NCBI RefSeq assembly: GCF_003918875.1
Contig: NW_025765403.1
Coordinates: 1,364,001-1,428,000, forward strand
Source of the DNA: Haliotis rubra
Lineage: Eukaryota
Length of the DNA stretch: 64,000 bases
Reading direction: 5' to 3'
In this document: one piece after another, positions 39,501 through 51,092 of the stretch
Layout: every line of letters starts with the position of its first letter
Position numbering within the stretch: position 1 is the first letter of the stretch
Program-made: the position numbers and the translations under genes
The notes under the pieces: model-generated
Databases searched by the model: none
The model's input: only the letters and a program-made list of their open reading frames with translations
What the model was told of the DNA's origin: nothing

Positions 39501-42013
39501 TTATCAACAAGCCCTTGCAGAAATTGGTCCACGTATCATTGTAGTAGAAGAAGCAGCTGAGGTTCTTGAAGGACACATCATCAGCACTTTAAGCAAGAAG
39601 TGTGAACAACTGATACTCATTGGAGATCACAAGCAACTGAAACCTAACCCAACAGTGTATAATCTGGCCAAAAAGTTTAACCTAGATTTGTCATTGTTCG
39701 AAAGAATGATTGATAATGGAATCCATTGTGATACTCTCGCCCTTCAGCACAGGATGAGGCCAGAAATATCCACTGTGATGCGTCACATATATCCAAAACT
39801 TCAGGATCACCCATCTGTACTTCGCTACGAGAAAGTGAAGGGAATATCTGCCAACATGTTCTTCATAGATCACAACAACCAAGAGGAGCATGATACAGAT
39901 ATGATGAGTCATTCTAACACATATGAGGCAACATATATAGTTGCCCTCTGCAGTTATCTCCTGAAGCAGGGATATGACAAATCACGAATCACTGTCCTCA
40001 CAACCTATTCAGGTCAGCTGCTTAAACTGAAGAAGATGATGCCAAAACAGGACTTCCAAGGAATGAGACTGACAGTTGTTGACAATTACCAAGGAGAAGA
40101 GAACGACGTTATCCTGTTATCTCTTGTCAGAAGCAATGCTGAAGGAAGCGTTGGGTTTTTGAAAATAGAGAACCGCATATGTGTAGCTCTGTCAAGAGCT
40201 AAAATTGGACTCTTTGTCATTGGCAACTTTAATCTTCTTTCCCAGCAGAGTTTATTATGGAAGGATATCTTGACAGATCTGAAGAAGAACGGTAAAACGG
40301 GTCCAACATTGAACCTTTATTGCCAAAACCACCCCACAGAAACAGGAATCAGTGTTCAAAGCCCAGATGATTTCAAGAAAGCCCCTGAAGGGGGGCTGTC
40401 TGAAGCCATGTGTCTTCAGACTTGAATGTGGACACGTGTGCACATTGCTGTGTCATCCTTATGACCCTGAGCACAAAGATTATATTTGCAGGAAGCAATG
40501 CACCAAAACACTGCAGCAATGGTCACCAGTGTCCCCAGCGTTGCCATGAAGAATGTGGAAAATGCATGATACGTGTTGAAAAGATTATTCCAAAATGTCA
40601 ACACAAACAGATGGTTCCATGCTTCAAAGAGCCCAGCACATTTTCTTGCCAGGCCGAATGTAACACAGCCCTTGAGTGTGGACACACATGTGGAAACACC
40701 TGTTCCATGAAACATGGGTGTACAGCAGTCGTGAAAAACATTTAGATGCGGGCACACAGGCGACGTCCTTTGTACGAGGAAAGCATCAGCACAATGCGAA
40801 GCCAAATGTTCTGAACTTCTGAAATGTGGGCATAAATGTGAAGGTGACTGTACACGATGTCATGAAGGAAGGCTGCACATACCATGTCGCAAGATGTGTA
40901 AAGATACTCTGATCTGTGGACATGTCTGTGTATCTGGATGTTCTGAATGTAATCCATGCAGAAAAGCATGTCAAAATCGCTGTCAGCACAGAAAATGCAC
41001 GAAATATTGTGGGGAGCCCTGTGATCCGTGCAGTCAGCCATGCGTATGGGAATGTGAACATCACAGATGTACACTTCCCTGCTGCGAGCCTTGTGACAGA
41101 CCACCCTGCAATGAACCATGCAAGAGGAAGCTACCTTGTAAACACCCATGCATAGGTCTGTGTGGAGAACCATGCCCAAAACAATGCGGCATTTGCCACA
41201 AAGATGAAATCATGAAAGTAAATCCAACGCCTGGTGCACGATTTGTATTCCTTGAGGACTGTGGTCACATTGTAGAAGTGTCAGTACTTGACCACTATAT
41301 GAACCAAAACTCAGAGGAGATCAAACTGAAAGTCTGCCCACATTGTAAGACAGTGATCAGGCACAATGTGAGATATGGGTCTGTGGTCAAGAAGAATGTG
41401 AAGAATATTGAAGTCGTTAAAAAGCTCTGCAATGAGAAAAAGACAAGGTTCCACACAACGAAACAAAGACTTATGATGGAAGTGAGGTATGAGGAAGAAC
41501 AGGAAGAGAATGGCATGAAGACAACCATGTTCCACCGAGGTTACACCAACACAGTGGCCGGACTCTCTGCGCTGGAAAACCAGTTTCACCTCCTAGATGC
41601 ATTGAAAAAGGTATCTGCTGAATACAAAAAATATACAGTGACCACATTTGTGAATGACGATCCCTCAAGCTCAGAGGAGGTAGATTTGCTCTACAAATGG
41701 CTGAAAACTCCAAGACAAGTCTTCAGTGAGCAAGAGCAATACGATGCCAAGAATGAACTCCTCAGACACAGAGCAGTTTTGGTATATCTTAGATGTGGCC
41801 ATGAAAGACAGACTACACTGATGCGAATCTATTTGCCAATGCTGAAAGACGTTCTGTTGTCAGGAAAGCCATACACAGAGGAGAAGCAGACCAGAGTTAG
41901 AACTCTATTTAACATACTGGGGGATACCGTGCCCACTGATAAGGTACAACAGAAGGTGAAGCTGGTTGGCAATATAGGACCAGCTTCTGGAAAGTGGTTC
42001 TCCTGCAGGAGAG
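36516..42013 (+). CDS. ZNFX1: ZNFX1-A giant exon: RGG N-terminus, ARM-like region, SF1 helicase, NF-X1 zinc fingers, RING-like segment (3 apparent +1 frameshifts at ~40390, ~40510, ~40737)
   Basis: Motifs LEELREKDPSTIV, YLDVQFRLLREDFICPLREGI, QGPPGTGKT, VCYTNHALDQFLEG, VVEEAAEVLE, LIGDHKQL, QHRMRP, VDNYQGEE, RICVALSRAK, Cys/His-rich NF-X1 fingers, ARFVFLEDCGH...CPHCK. Donor GAG|GTGCGT at 42014. Confidence 0.92.
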
Positions 42014-42269
42014 GTGCGTACTACCTTTATCGACCTTTATTCACACACTGGGGCATAATGAACTTATACTCACTTTATAAGTTACTTTGTAAAAAATTTT
42101 GTAAGGTATCAACATTACAATATTGGTACATCTTTGGATTTTAAGAATTTCAGAACTGTATAGAAGACTATGTTGACATGTATATACTGGTACCCACATT
42201 CACATAACTGCATTTAAGACATATGTGAAATTTCGTGATTTATGTTAGCTAATTTCATGTCTCTTTTAG

Positions 42270-42376
42270 GTCATGTGTATTCGACTGGAGAACAGCTTGT
42301 ATGTCCAGACTGCAAGGCCATTGGTGACAGGAAAGAACGGCGAATGCTTATGATGACTCAAATGAGAAAGCAATAA
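42270..42376 (+). CDS. ZNFX1: ZNFX1-A terminal exon, RZ-finger remnant (GHVYSTGEQLVCPDCKAIGDRKERRMLMMTQMRKQ*)
   Basis: Acceptor ctcttttag at 42269; a phase-1 join gives WFSCRRGHVY...CPDC; stop TAA at 42374-42376. The frameshift-corrected CDS is 5646 nt, about 1881 aa. Confidence 0.8.
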
Positions 42377-44523
42377 GCGTCAACATAACGAGGCTGTTCG
42401 TTATGCATTGCATGCCTATGCTGATTGTGCGCTCTAATGCATGCATTGGATAGTGACAATAATTCAAGAATGCTAACCAGACATAACGAATGGATCTTAT
42501 TACAAAAGATCTTACTACACTATTAACTATGTTGTGAATAACGTTATGAACAATGTGTGAACCTGTGCTTCGTTAATACTGTGATGAACATTGTGCTTCA
42601 GAGTGATGAATGTTATTGTCGGACGAGTGGACTACATGAAAACAAAATGAAGAAAAGCAACAATGAATATTCCTCCTCTGAGAATATGATTCACTGTTAC
42701 TGAATTTTCGTGTATATACAATACAAAACTATCATCTAAATTATTGGATCGTAGGAAGAAATTGGCAGTGTCTTTGATTGTGATCTTTTGAAAATGTGTG
42801 CAGTGTTTGTTTTATGCCTTAATATGTATGTTTTATGTAAGATGTTCTATGTACACTTTCAAATATGTTTACCCACATGCCTGTATGTTTGAAGTGTGTC
42901 AATGCATTCAATGAGTATGTTATTAGAATTTATAAAACAAATAGTTAAAATGATGTGACTTTTATATTGCTCTCGAACAAACGCAAATATATATGTCCTT
43001 GTTTGTGCTTTAATATGTATGGTATTTTTATGTGCTGCTTACACTTACAAAAGTGTTCCAATGTCCCTGTAAATCTGATGTGTGTTAGTGCATTCAATGA
43101 GTAGTTATAGGAATGTATGAAACAAATCATTAATATGATCTCATTTTATGAATATTGTTTTATTGTCGACCATTGACATTATACAACGGCACCATTGTAT
43201 AATTTAGCTAGTGCTCTCATAAGCAATTTATCATGCAGTGTACTGATATACTTGGCTGTGTTTAAAAGATCCTCAGTATTGTTGTAATGACTTAGAAAAC
43301 AGGTTGAAGAAAGACTGTCGTGTTAGTTTTGCCTAAAGTAGCATTTAACCATTACATTGATAGGCATAGTAACGATGTTTGTTTTTTCTACGACTTGGGA
43401 AACCTACACAAATGAAAACCTACTCACAGGAAAAACCCATGTATGGACAGCAGTGTTGTTTAATACAGCTCTGTGTAATGGTAGTAATCAAGTCAATTTT
43501 ACACACATCAAAACCAAGATGATAAACATGTTTTGACTTTTAGAATACTTTTGTCAAGAGAAACAAATTTAACGAGTTTTTTTCTTCCTGTCCCAAGATG
43601 TCTCCTGTTTAACCCTTTCTGATTCATTCTGTTTACAGACGTAGTTACGAGTTTGTGAGAAACTGTACTTTGTGAATGGTCGACAGTTCGTCAATTGTTA
43701 GTTTGAAATATTTATGTGCTTTTATCAATCTGTAATCATCAGATTAGTTGCAAATAAATCAAGTGAACTTACCATCATGGTCACCTATTTTTGTGAAGAC
43801 TCGTGCCATTACCTTGTGCTGCATATGTGTCCTGCTGATGTCCTTTTTAGTGGTTGGTTATACCAAACCAGATCACTTTCATAGAGATGACACACCTTTA
43901 CGAACGGTTCAAATTGTTTAATCCAAATTGGTGTGTACGGGTTTTGTATTGAACGTTTCTGCTGTGTAGATGAAAGAATAATCTATGGTACTAATACGCT
44001 TCCATACATATCTTTGTATCAAATTTGAGTGAGAGTCACAGCGGCAGTATTTCAGCAATATCGTAACTTCAAACGTTTTGCATATGCAGTAAATACATAA
44101 TGCTATTATAACATCCAGTCATCAAAGGACTGTCAAATAACTAGAGTATCACAGATGTTGTTTTAAAAGTATTATGTAACCATAAAATATATCATCATAT
44201 GTAACAGTGCAAATAGAACCAGGCTATAGATCGCCATACTAGGGATCATGGGGACTGACAGTACCTTTGCTACCTGCATGGACCCTAGGTGGATTTACAT
44301 CATCCCTTATCAGCAAATTTAGCCAAACTTAAAACAACACGATTTCTACGATTAAAACCCCGGTGATGATAAACATGCATTGAATGGTGTGGTCTTAAGC
44401 ATTTTTAAAATTTAGGTTCACCATAAAATGTGTACTTGACAATGAACATGTTAATAATTTGAACTTCACTGACATATTGTCTGTTATGCTAGACGTGTCT
44501 TCTTGTATAGAAGACGTGTCTAC

Positions 44524-44698
44524 NNNNNNNNNNNNNNNNNNNNNNNNNNNNNNNNNNNNNNNNNNNNNNNNNNNNNNNNNNNNNNNNNNNNNNNNNNNNN
44601 NNNNNNNNNNNNNNNNNNNNNNNNNNNNNNNNNNNNNNNNNNNNNNNNNNNNNNNNNNNNNNNNNNNNNNNNNNNNNNNNNNNNNNNNNNNNNNNNNN
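44524..44698. other. Assembly gap
   Basis: Run of N. Confidence 1.
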
Positions 44699-45004
44699 TG
44701 GTCATGTAATTATGTACTGTTGTCAGAATTTCAAATGATATGACTATGTACAACTGCTATGCTAACGCCTTTAACCACCAGTAAGCCACTTGTATGCCTA
44801 TGTAGGCGATTGTTTCTACAAGGGGACTTGAGGACAACATAAACACCTATCTGCCGCGTCAACACAGTGGAAGCGGTATATAATAGGGAATGACGATAAG
44901 GTTATAATCCTTCCTCTTAGGAAATATTTGCCTGTTACTGTCTTGTAAATATACATTTGAATTTAACTGACATATTGTATGCTAGACGTGTCTGCTTGTA
45001 TAGT

Positions 45005-45009
45005 AGAGT

Positions 45010-45045
<36 letters not shown>

Positions 45046-45075
45046 CAGAGAGAGTACGACAGAGAGAGAGGCGAG
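45005..45075. repeat. (AG)n microsatellite
   Basis: Direct reading. Confidence 0.9.
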
Positions 45076-46038
45076 CGAGTGAAAGACAGAAAATATTACA
45101 TAACTATAAATACTTGTGGCGACAATTCATTTGATACAACCCTTTCACTTCTTGTAAAAGATATGGAAATTTACTTATGTTTTTAAACAAATGATTTCAT
45201 AGGTATATTAGGTACAACTTTTTTAACCCCGAAGTTAAACGTTTATTCCGATTAAAAAACTTATAAAACACATCCGATTAGTAGCATACATGTACATGTG
45301 CAAAAACTTAACTTCTGTGTACAGTCACACTATTAATAATAGAAATCGTCGGAATGTGTCGATTTATCCGTATTTCGAGACAAACAGAATGTTGATATTT
45401 AACCATAGTGTCTAAAAGGACTGGTGGTTGTTTATCGAATAATTATATAACGGGTTAGAGGCGGTTTTACTGGTCAGTAAAAAGCAAACTAAACTATATT
45501 CGGTATGGGATAATTCCGAGTTTTATATGTTCTGGGGCCTACTTCCTCAAAGCGTTTTATTTTATTTGTTTTATTGTAACTGAAGAAACAATTTGAAGTG
45601 ACAGTTGTATGTTACACACGTGTCAATCGAAATAACTGTTCATTCCCATTTTTTTATTATGTAAATATTTGTCGTTGTAATTGAAGATTCTTATACAGAA
45701 ATTTTTTTCGAAGATCCGTAAAATGAAACCACTCACTAACCTAGTATAATTACCCAAATGAAAATACCGAAATAAAGTCAGACTTGATCTTGATTCACAT
45801 TCGATTCGATTTCAGTCCCACTCTTAGATATCTTCAATACGTATTTATTGTATTACCTGGCTACGATTGAATCACATAGGGCATGAAAGCAGGCTGTCTT
45901 TGCTTATATGGCTCATGATCACAGGTAACTGTTCGGCTTACAGTGAATCCATTCACATTGTACCGTTGTCGGGTGCCATGACTTCAGAATCAGTTGGCAC
46001 CACTATCATCTTCTCCTTTGAAGCTGTTTAGCTGTAGA

Positions 46039-46391
46039 GGCGGTGGGGTATCCTAGTGGGTAAAGCGCTCGCTCGTCAGGCAATAGCCACGAGTTCTATC
46101 CTCCACATGGGTACAATGCGTAAAGCCCATTTTTGGTGTCCCCCGCCGTGATGTTGCGTGAATATTGCTAAAACAGCGTAAAACCAAAATCCACTCACTG
46201 TTTGAGCTGTATCTTTTATTACAAAGGAGACGGCAGGATCACCTATTGGTTAAATCACTCGCTCGTCACGCTGAAGACGCGGGTTCGATTCCCCACATGG
46301 GTACAATGTACGAAACCCATTTCTGATTCCCCCCTCCGTGATATTGCTGGAATATAGATAAAAAGCGGCGTAAAACTAAACTCACTCACTT
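46039..46391 (+). mobile_element. Two adjacent SINE family A copies (46039-46199, 46236-46391)
   Basis: Consensus sequence; the first copy has TSD ctgttt(g)agctgta. Confidence 0.85.
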
Positions 46392-46507
46392 TCGACAAAG
46401 ACATTGGATGTTGCTGAAAATTTAAATGAATTACTTTGGATGATGCTTATCATTTATCTTTCAATGGCACCGTTACTCTCGCTATGTCCGTGAATCGCTA
46501 TATGGCC

Positions 46508-46693
46508 NNNNNNNNNNNNNNNNNNNNNNNNNNNNNNNNNNNNNNNNNNNNNNNNNNNNNNNNNNNNNNNNNNNNNNNNNNNNNNNNNNNNNNNNNNNNN
46601 NNNNNNNNNNNNNNNNNNNNNNNNNNNNNNNNNNNNNNNNNNNNNNNNNNNNNNNNNNNNNNNNNNNNNNNNNNNNNNNNNNNNNNNNNNNNN
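46508..46693. other. Assembly gap
   Basis: Run of N. Confidence 1.
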
Positions 46694-46869
46694 GTAACCT
46701 GTTCCCTTCACACCATTTCACACATAATTATAGGCAGAAAGATGATGGATATAATCGGCTATTTTGATCCACTTTTGTCTCGCGCGACACTCACATGAAG
46801 TACTATGAAACAGGCTGCAGTTTCTGTTCCTATTTTTGGAAGCACCATGCATTATGAAAGATAGACAGA

Positions 46870-47029
46870 TTGCTGAACTGAAACAGAAAGTAGCTGTAAT
46901 TCCTGGATAGTGGGATGACGTCAGACGAATTCCGGGAAATTTACTCCCGATAACAAAGACTCACCAAACCTTACATATGACCAGATGTGAGTTGATATGA
47001 GCAACAGACTGGAACATTTCGTGCTGCAG
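46870..47029 (+). promoter_or_regulatory. Putative promoter and non-coding first exon of ZNFX1-B with ISRE, CRE and GAS sites
   Basis: GAACTGAAACAGAAAGT 46875-46891, TGACGTCA 46916-46923, TTCCGGGAA 46930-46938, donor GCAG|GTATGT at 47030. Confidence 0.6.
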
Positions 47030-47206
47030 GTATGTAGACTGGTTGCACGCTAAACTATGTATGTCACTTGTATTTGCAAGTGCTAGTTTCTAAATAACAA
47101 GGCTTGTGTCACTGCAAGTGACATTTAATATAAACAGTTAATCAGTACGAGCATGTCTGATTTTGAATCTATGAACTAGTGTATTTGCTACTACAGCCAA
47201 ATCGTA

Positions 47207-47362
47207 GGTGGGTAGCCTAGTGGTTAAAGCGTCCGCTCGTCACGCTGAAGACCCGGGTTCGATTCCCCAGATAGGTACAATATGTGACGCCCATTTCTGG
47301 TGTCCCCCGCCGTGATATTGCTGGAATATTGCTAAAAGCGGCGTAAAACCATACTCACTCAC
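47207..47362 (+). mobile_element. Young SINE family A with TSD ctactacagccaaa
   Basis: Near-consensus sequence; TSD at ~47189 and ~47362. Confidence 0.9.
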
Positions 47363-47733
47363 TACTACAGCCAAACATCATAAGGAGCTACGCAAATACG
47401 TCGAGTAACTACATTATTTTGAATCTTTGGAATAGTGCAGTTGCTACTACAGTCAGCCCCCGCCACGAACAACGTAACTACGTCGATTTATCCACGGTTC
47501 GACATAACCTAAACTATGAATATAGAATGCATAGGAAGGGAACAAATCGTTCGCAATTCAGTTCGGCATATCGAAGCTCGACACAACGGTATTTAACTGA
47601 AAAACAACCCACAGTGTCATGGTGTCGATTACTTTGCCATGAATAGGGTATGTCCTTTGATAACGTCGCCATAGTGAGAGCATTGTAAATTATGTATGGG
47701 TTGCGTGAACGGTGCATTGTATTGATCAAAATG

Positions 47734-49241
47734 TACTAGGCACATAAAGAAACTGTGCATACAAAAAATTAAAATCTAAATTTATCAAACCTGTGTAGAC
47801 ACATAAGGATTTAAACTCAGAGATTAGTGACATGTATCCAACATGCAGGCACGTGCAACGTTCCGTGACGTCAGTGGGTTCGTCCTGGAGACGTGCAATA
47901 CGTTGTTGCACGTGCATTCCGGGAAAGAGAAACAGAGCAAATGAATGCCACACAATACTGTCACTTTGGAAAGCTCAACCCCTGCCCTTGCGATCGTTCA
48001 ACAACTTAAACGGCTATTGAAACGCATAGCATGCCAAGGCTCACGTCTGCACAACGTCATGAGGCCATTGGGATGGTCCGTGGGGGAATGTCTCAACGAC
48101 AAGTGGCTGCACATTTCCACTGCCACCGGAACACCATTTCTGCACTGGTGAGACGCAGAACACAAATGACGTCATCGATCGGCCACGTTCTGGACGTCCA
48201 CGTGTAACAACGCCAAGACAGGACAGATGGATAAGAGTGACCCATCGGCGCCACAGGTTTCAGATTGCAGTGATGACTGCCCGAACCATCCCAGGACTTC
48301 GCCGTATCCACCCCAACACAGTTCGACAACGTTTACGTCATCATGGGATCAGACCACGACGTCCCGCCATACAGCCTATCCTGACACAACGTCATCGACA
48401 AGCTCGCCGAATGTGGTGCCGAAATCATGTCCGCAGACCCTTGTTTTGGTGGAGAAATGTTGTTTTTACAGATGAGTCCAGGTTGAACATTTCCCATAGT
48501 GATGGACGTCAAAGTGCCTATATACGCGTAGGAGAACGTTATGCACAGGCCTGTGTCTTGGAGAGGAATCGCTTTAGTGGTGGTTCCGTGATGATTAGGG
48601 GTGGAATAACAGCACGCCAAAGAACTCCTTTGGTGATTGTTCAGGGCATCTTAACTGGTGTGGGCTACAGGGATCAGATTCTTCGACCTGTGGCAATTCC
48701 TTTTCTGCAACGTCATGGCCCTGGGTTAACATTCCAACAGGACAATGCCCGCCCTCATACGGCAAGGGTTGCTATGGATTTCTTGCAACACCACAACGTT
48801 GACTTACTGCCTTGGCCTGCAAATTCACCGGATCTCTCCCCGACAGAGCATGTTTGGGACGAGATGGATCAGCGTCTACGCCGTCTTCCTAATCCGCCAG
48901 ATAACGTCCTTGACCTTGCAACAGAACCTGAGAGAATCTGGCGTTACATCCCACAAGCCTTCCTTGCACGTTTGATAGGCTCTATGCGTCGTCGATGCAC
49001 TGCTGTTCTCAATGCCGATAGTAGACATACCCGTTATTGAGCTTGTGACATTGTCGTTTGACCCCTGTCCCGCTTGTGGACTCGTGACGTCTTTGTGATT
49101 GACTTTTCAATTGAAAATCTCCCGACTTGTTATAGTCTCATGATCCCTCCATTAAAGTTTATATGTAACTTTGACATGGTTATCGTACCAATCAACTGGG
49201 ATAATATTTTGACAATGCACAGTTTCTTTATGTGGCTAGTA
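47734..49241 (+). mobile_element. Tc1-family DNA transposon (DD34E), about 1.5 kb, decayed
   Basis: 27-bp TIRs tactag(g/c)cacataaagaaactgtgcat at both ends; TA-flanked right end. Confidence 0.9.
48031..49040 (+). pseudogene. Tc1 transposase pseudogene
   Basis: MPRLTSAQRHEAIGM HTH start, RSGRPRVT, FTDESR, FQQDNARPH, WPANSPDLSPTEHVW with 34 residues between the second D and E; frameshift near 48160; W>R in the MxWGG motif. Confidence 0.88.
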
Positions 49242-49599
49242 TATGAATCATATGTATGTAGGCTAGTTGGTGAATAATAGATCTTTGTGAATGATGTAAA
49301 ATAAATATAATTTCATCGTGTTTCTTTCTGTGACACTCAAGTGATTTCCTCCGTATAGACCAGTTTCAGAGACCAAAAGTCATTATTACAGCGATGTAAT
49401 ATCTGTTTGATTTAGTCAGATATCTCGACTAAATCTAATAACTTGATTTGATATAAAATAATGTCTCCCACAGAGAGTTGGACATAAGTTTTGCGTGGTT
49501 TGAGTTTCCATTTTCTGAACTTTGACTTATGTCAGATTTTGTCAGGTTTCCTTATCACTAACTGATCAACTGACAGGATCCTGTTAGCAGGAAACGCGT

Positions 49600-49822
49600 T
49601 TTGTTTGTTTGTCGTTTAACGCCACACTCAACAATATTCTACCTATATGTCGGTGGTTTGCAAATAATCCAGGGATTAACATCACGAGTATCGATCTACG
49701 CAAATGGGATGCTATGATATGTGTCTACCAAGTCAGCGAGCCTGACCACCCGATTCTGATAGTCGCATTTAACGACATGCATGGGTTGCTGAAGATCAAT
49801 CCTAACCCGGATCTTCACGGGT
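49600..49822 (-). mobile_element. SINE family B (degenerate)
   Basis: caagtcagcgagcctgaccacccgat...ccggatcttcacgggt. Confidence 0.75.
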
Positions 49823-50561
49823 ACAGGGCAAAGGAACTTCTAAACACTTGCTTACTTAAGTAAATGATGGTGGTCGAAGCTGTTGTTGTCCTCTTCTTTG
49901 AGGGGTCGAAACTGGACATCAAGATAATGGTCAAGATTCTGGTAACCACCGATGGTTTTATTCTTTCTCAGGAATATGCCCTTTAGCATATATGTCATTG
50001 GTATTTGGCATTATGGATAAAGCTCTAAAATCATCAGCTGTATTTCAGATTTGGCGGCCAAAGCTGTTGTTGTCCTCTGTTTCGAATTGTAAAAATTTCG
50101 TTTCGTTTAAAAATGTATGAAATAGAAAGGAAACAATTTCGTAACCAGGACTGTATTTCAAATTATAACCATATACCAGTATGTCATACTTGTATTTGTA
50201 AAGTTGTCACCCCGATACTAAACTTACAGCAATGCAACATGTATGCTATTTAGACAAGCACGTGTCAATGTGTGACGCTGTGTATCGCAGTGTTATCTTC
50301 TTTATGTTATTTATCCTGGCGCTCGGCATTAATGGGCAAGCAAGGACAGGTCGTCGAGTCCTGCTCAACTGATGTCGATGCTAAAAACTTGATTGATAAG
50401 ATAGGTTTATGATTTGTTGTATAGTTAATAGTTTGAAATGTGGAAAATAGGTGGTTTCGTTTTATAGTTGTCATTCTTTGTTTTCTCGATTTGTCTTTGT
50501 ATAATATGACATACATGTTTTATTACTATGTGATACAACTATACATCATTTTGTATTGTAG

Positions 50562-50627
50562 GTTCACAGGAGGAACGGGAGGTGATGGAGACGGAAGGAC
50601 GGCTGAGGATATTACATTTTGTGGAAG
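50562..50627 (+). other. Probable second (66-bp) exon of ZNFX1-B
   Basis: Acceptor ttgtattgtag, purine-rich body, donor GAAG|GTAAT; same length and position as exon 36193-36258 of copy A. Confidence 0.45.
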
Positions 50628-50835
50628 GTAATATAAAAAAATGCCTCCTGTAAAGCAGTTCTGAATTTGTGTATTGCAGACATCAATTTGAAAAGTAAAA
50701 CCTGTTGTCATGCGTGTATTTACGTATAAATAGGTATTTTAGCTCAACTGGGGCGTTTGGATTTCATGCAATGAATACCTGTGCTGAATGTGCGAAAACA
50801 CATGAAAAATGTGTTATAACATGCATCAAACACCC

Positions 50836-50975
50836 AGTTGTGGAATGGTTTAAACGTTCGTGCGTCATGCTGAAGGCCCAGGTTCGATTCCCCACTTGGG
50901 CACGATGTGTGAAGCCCTTTTCTGGTGTCCCACGTCATGGTATTGCTGGGATATTGCTAAAAGCAGCGTAAAAAT
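50836..50975 (+). mobile_element. SINE family A (degenerate)
   Basis: ggttcgattccccac...tttctggtgtccc...atattgctaaaagc. Confidence 0.75.
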
Positions 50976-51092
50976 TCCTTGGGCTCTGAGCTCTGTGACT
51001 TCGCTTCACACCCGTCGATTGTTGGTCAAAATTAAGTCCGTCCTAATATAGCTGAAATACATTACACAATTTTTCTATTTTTTAACAATTAG

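Noticed and set aside
42014-42144. C-terminal tail AYYLYRPL... of ORF 40894-42144
   Set aside because: Read-through into the intron; the true end is the RZ exon at 42270.
44460-45002. Duplicated actgacatattgt...atgctagacgtgtct on both sides of the gap
   Set aside because: Adjacent to an N-gap; may be an assembly artefact.
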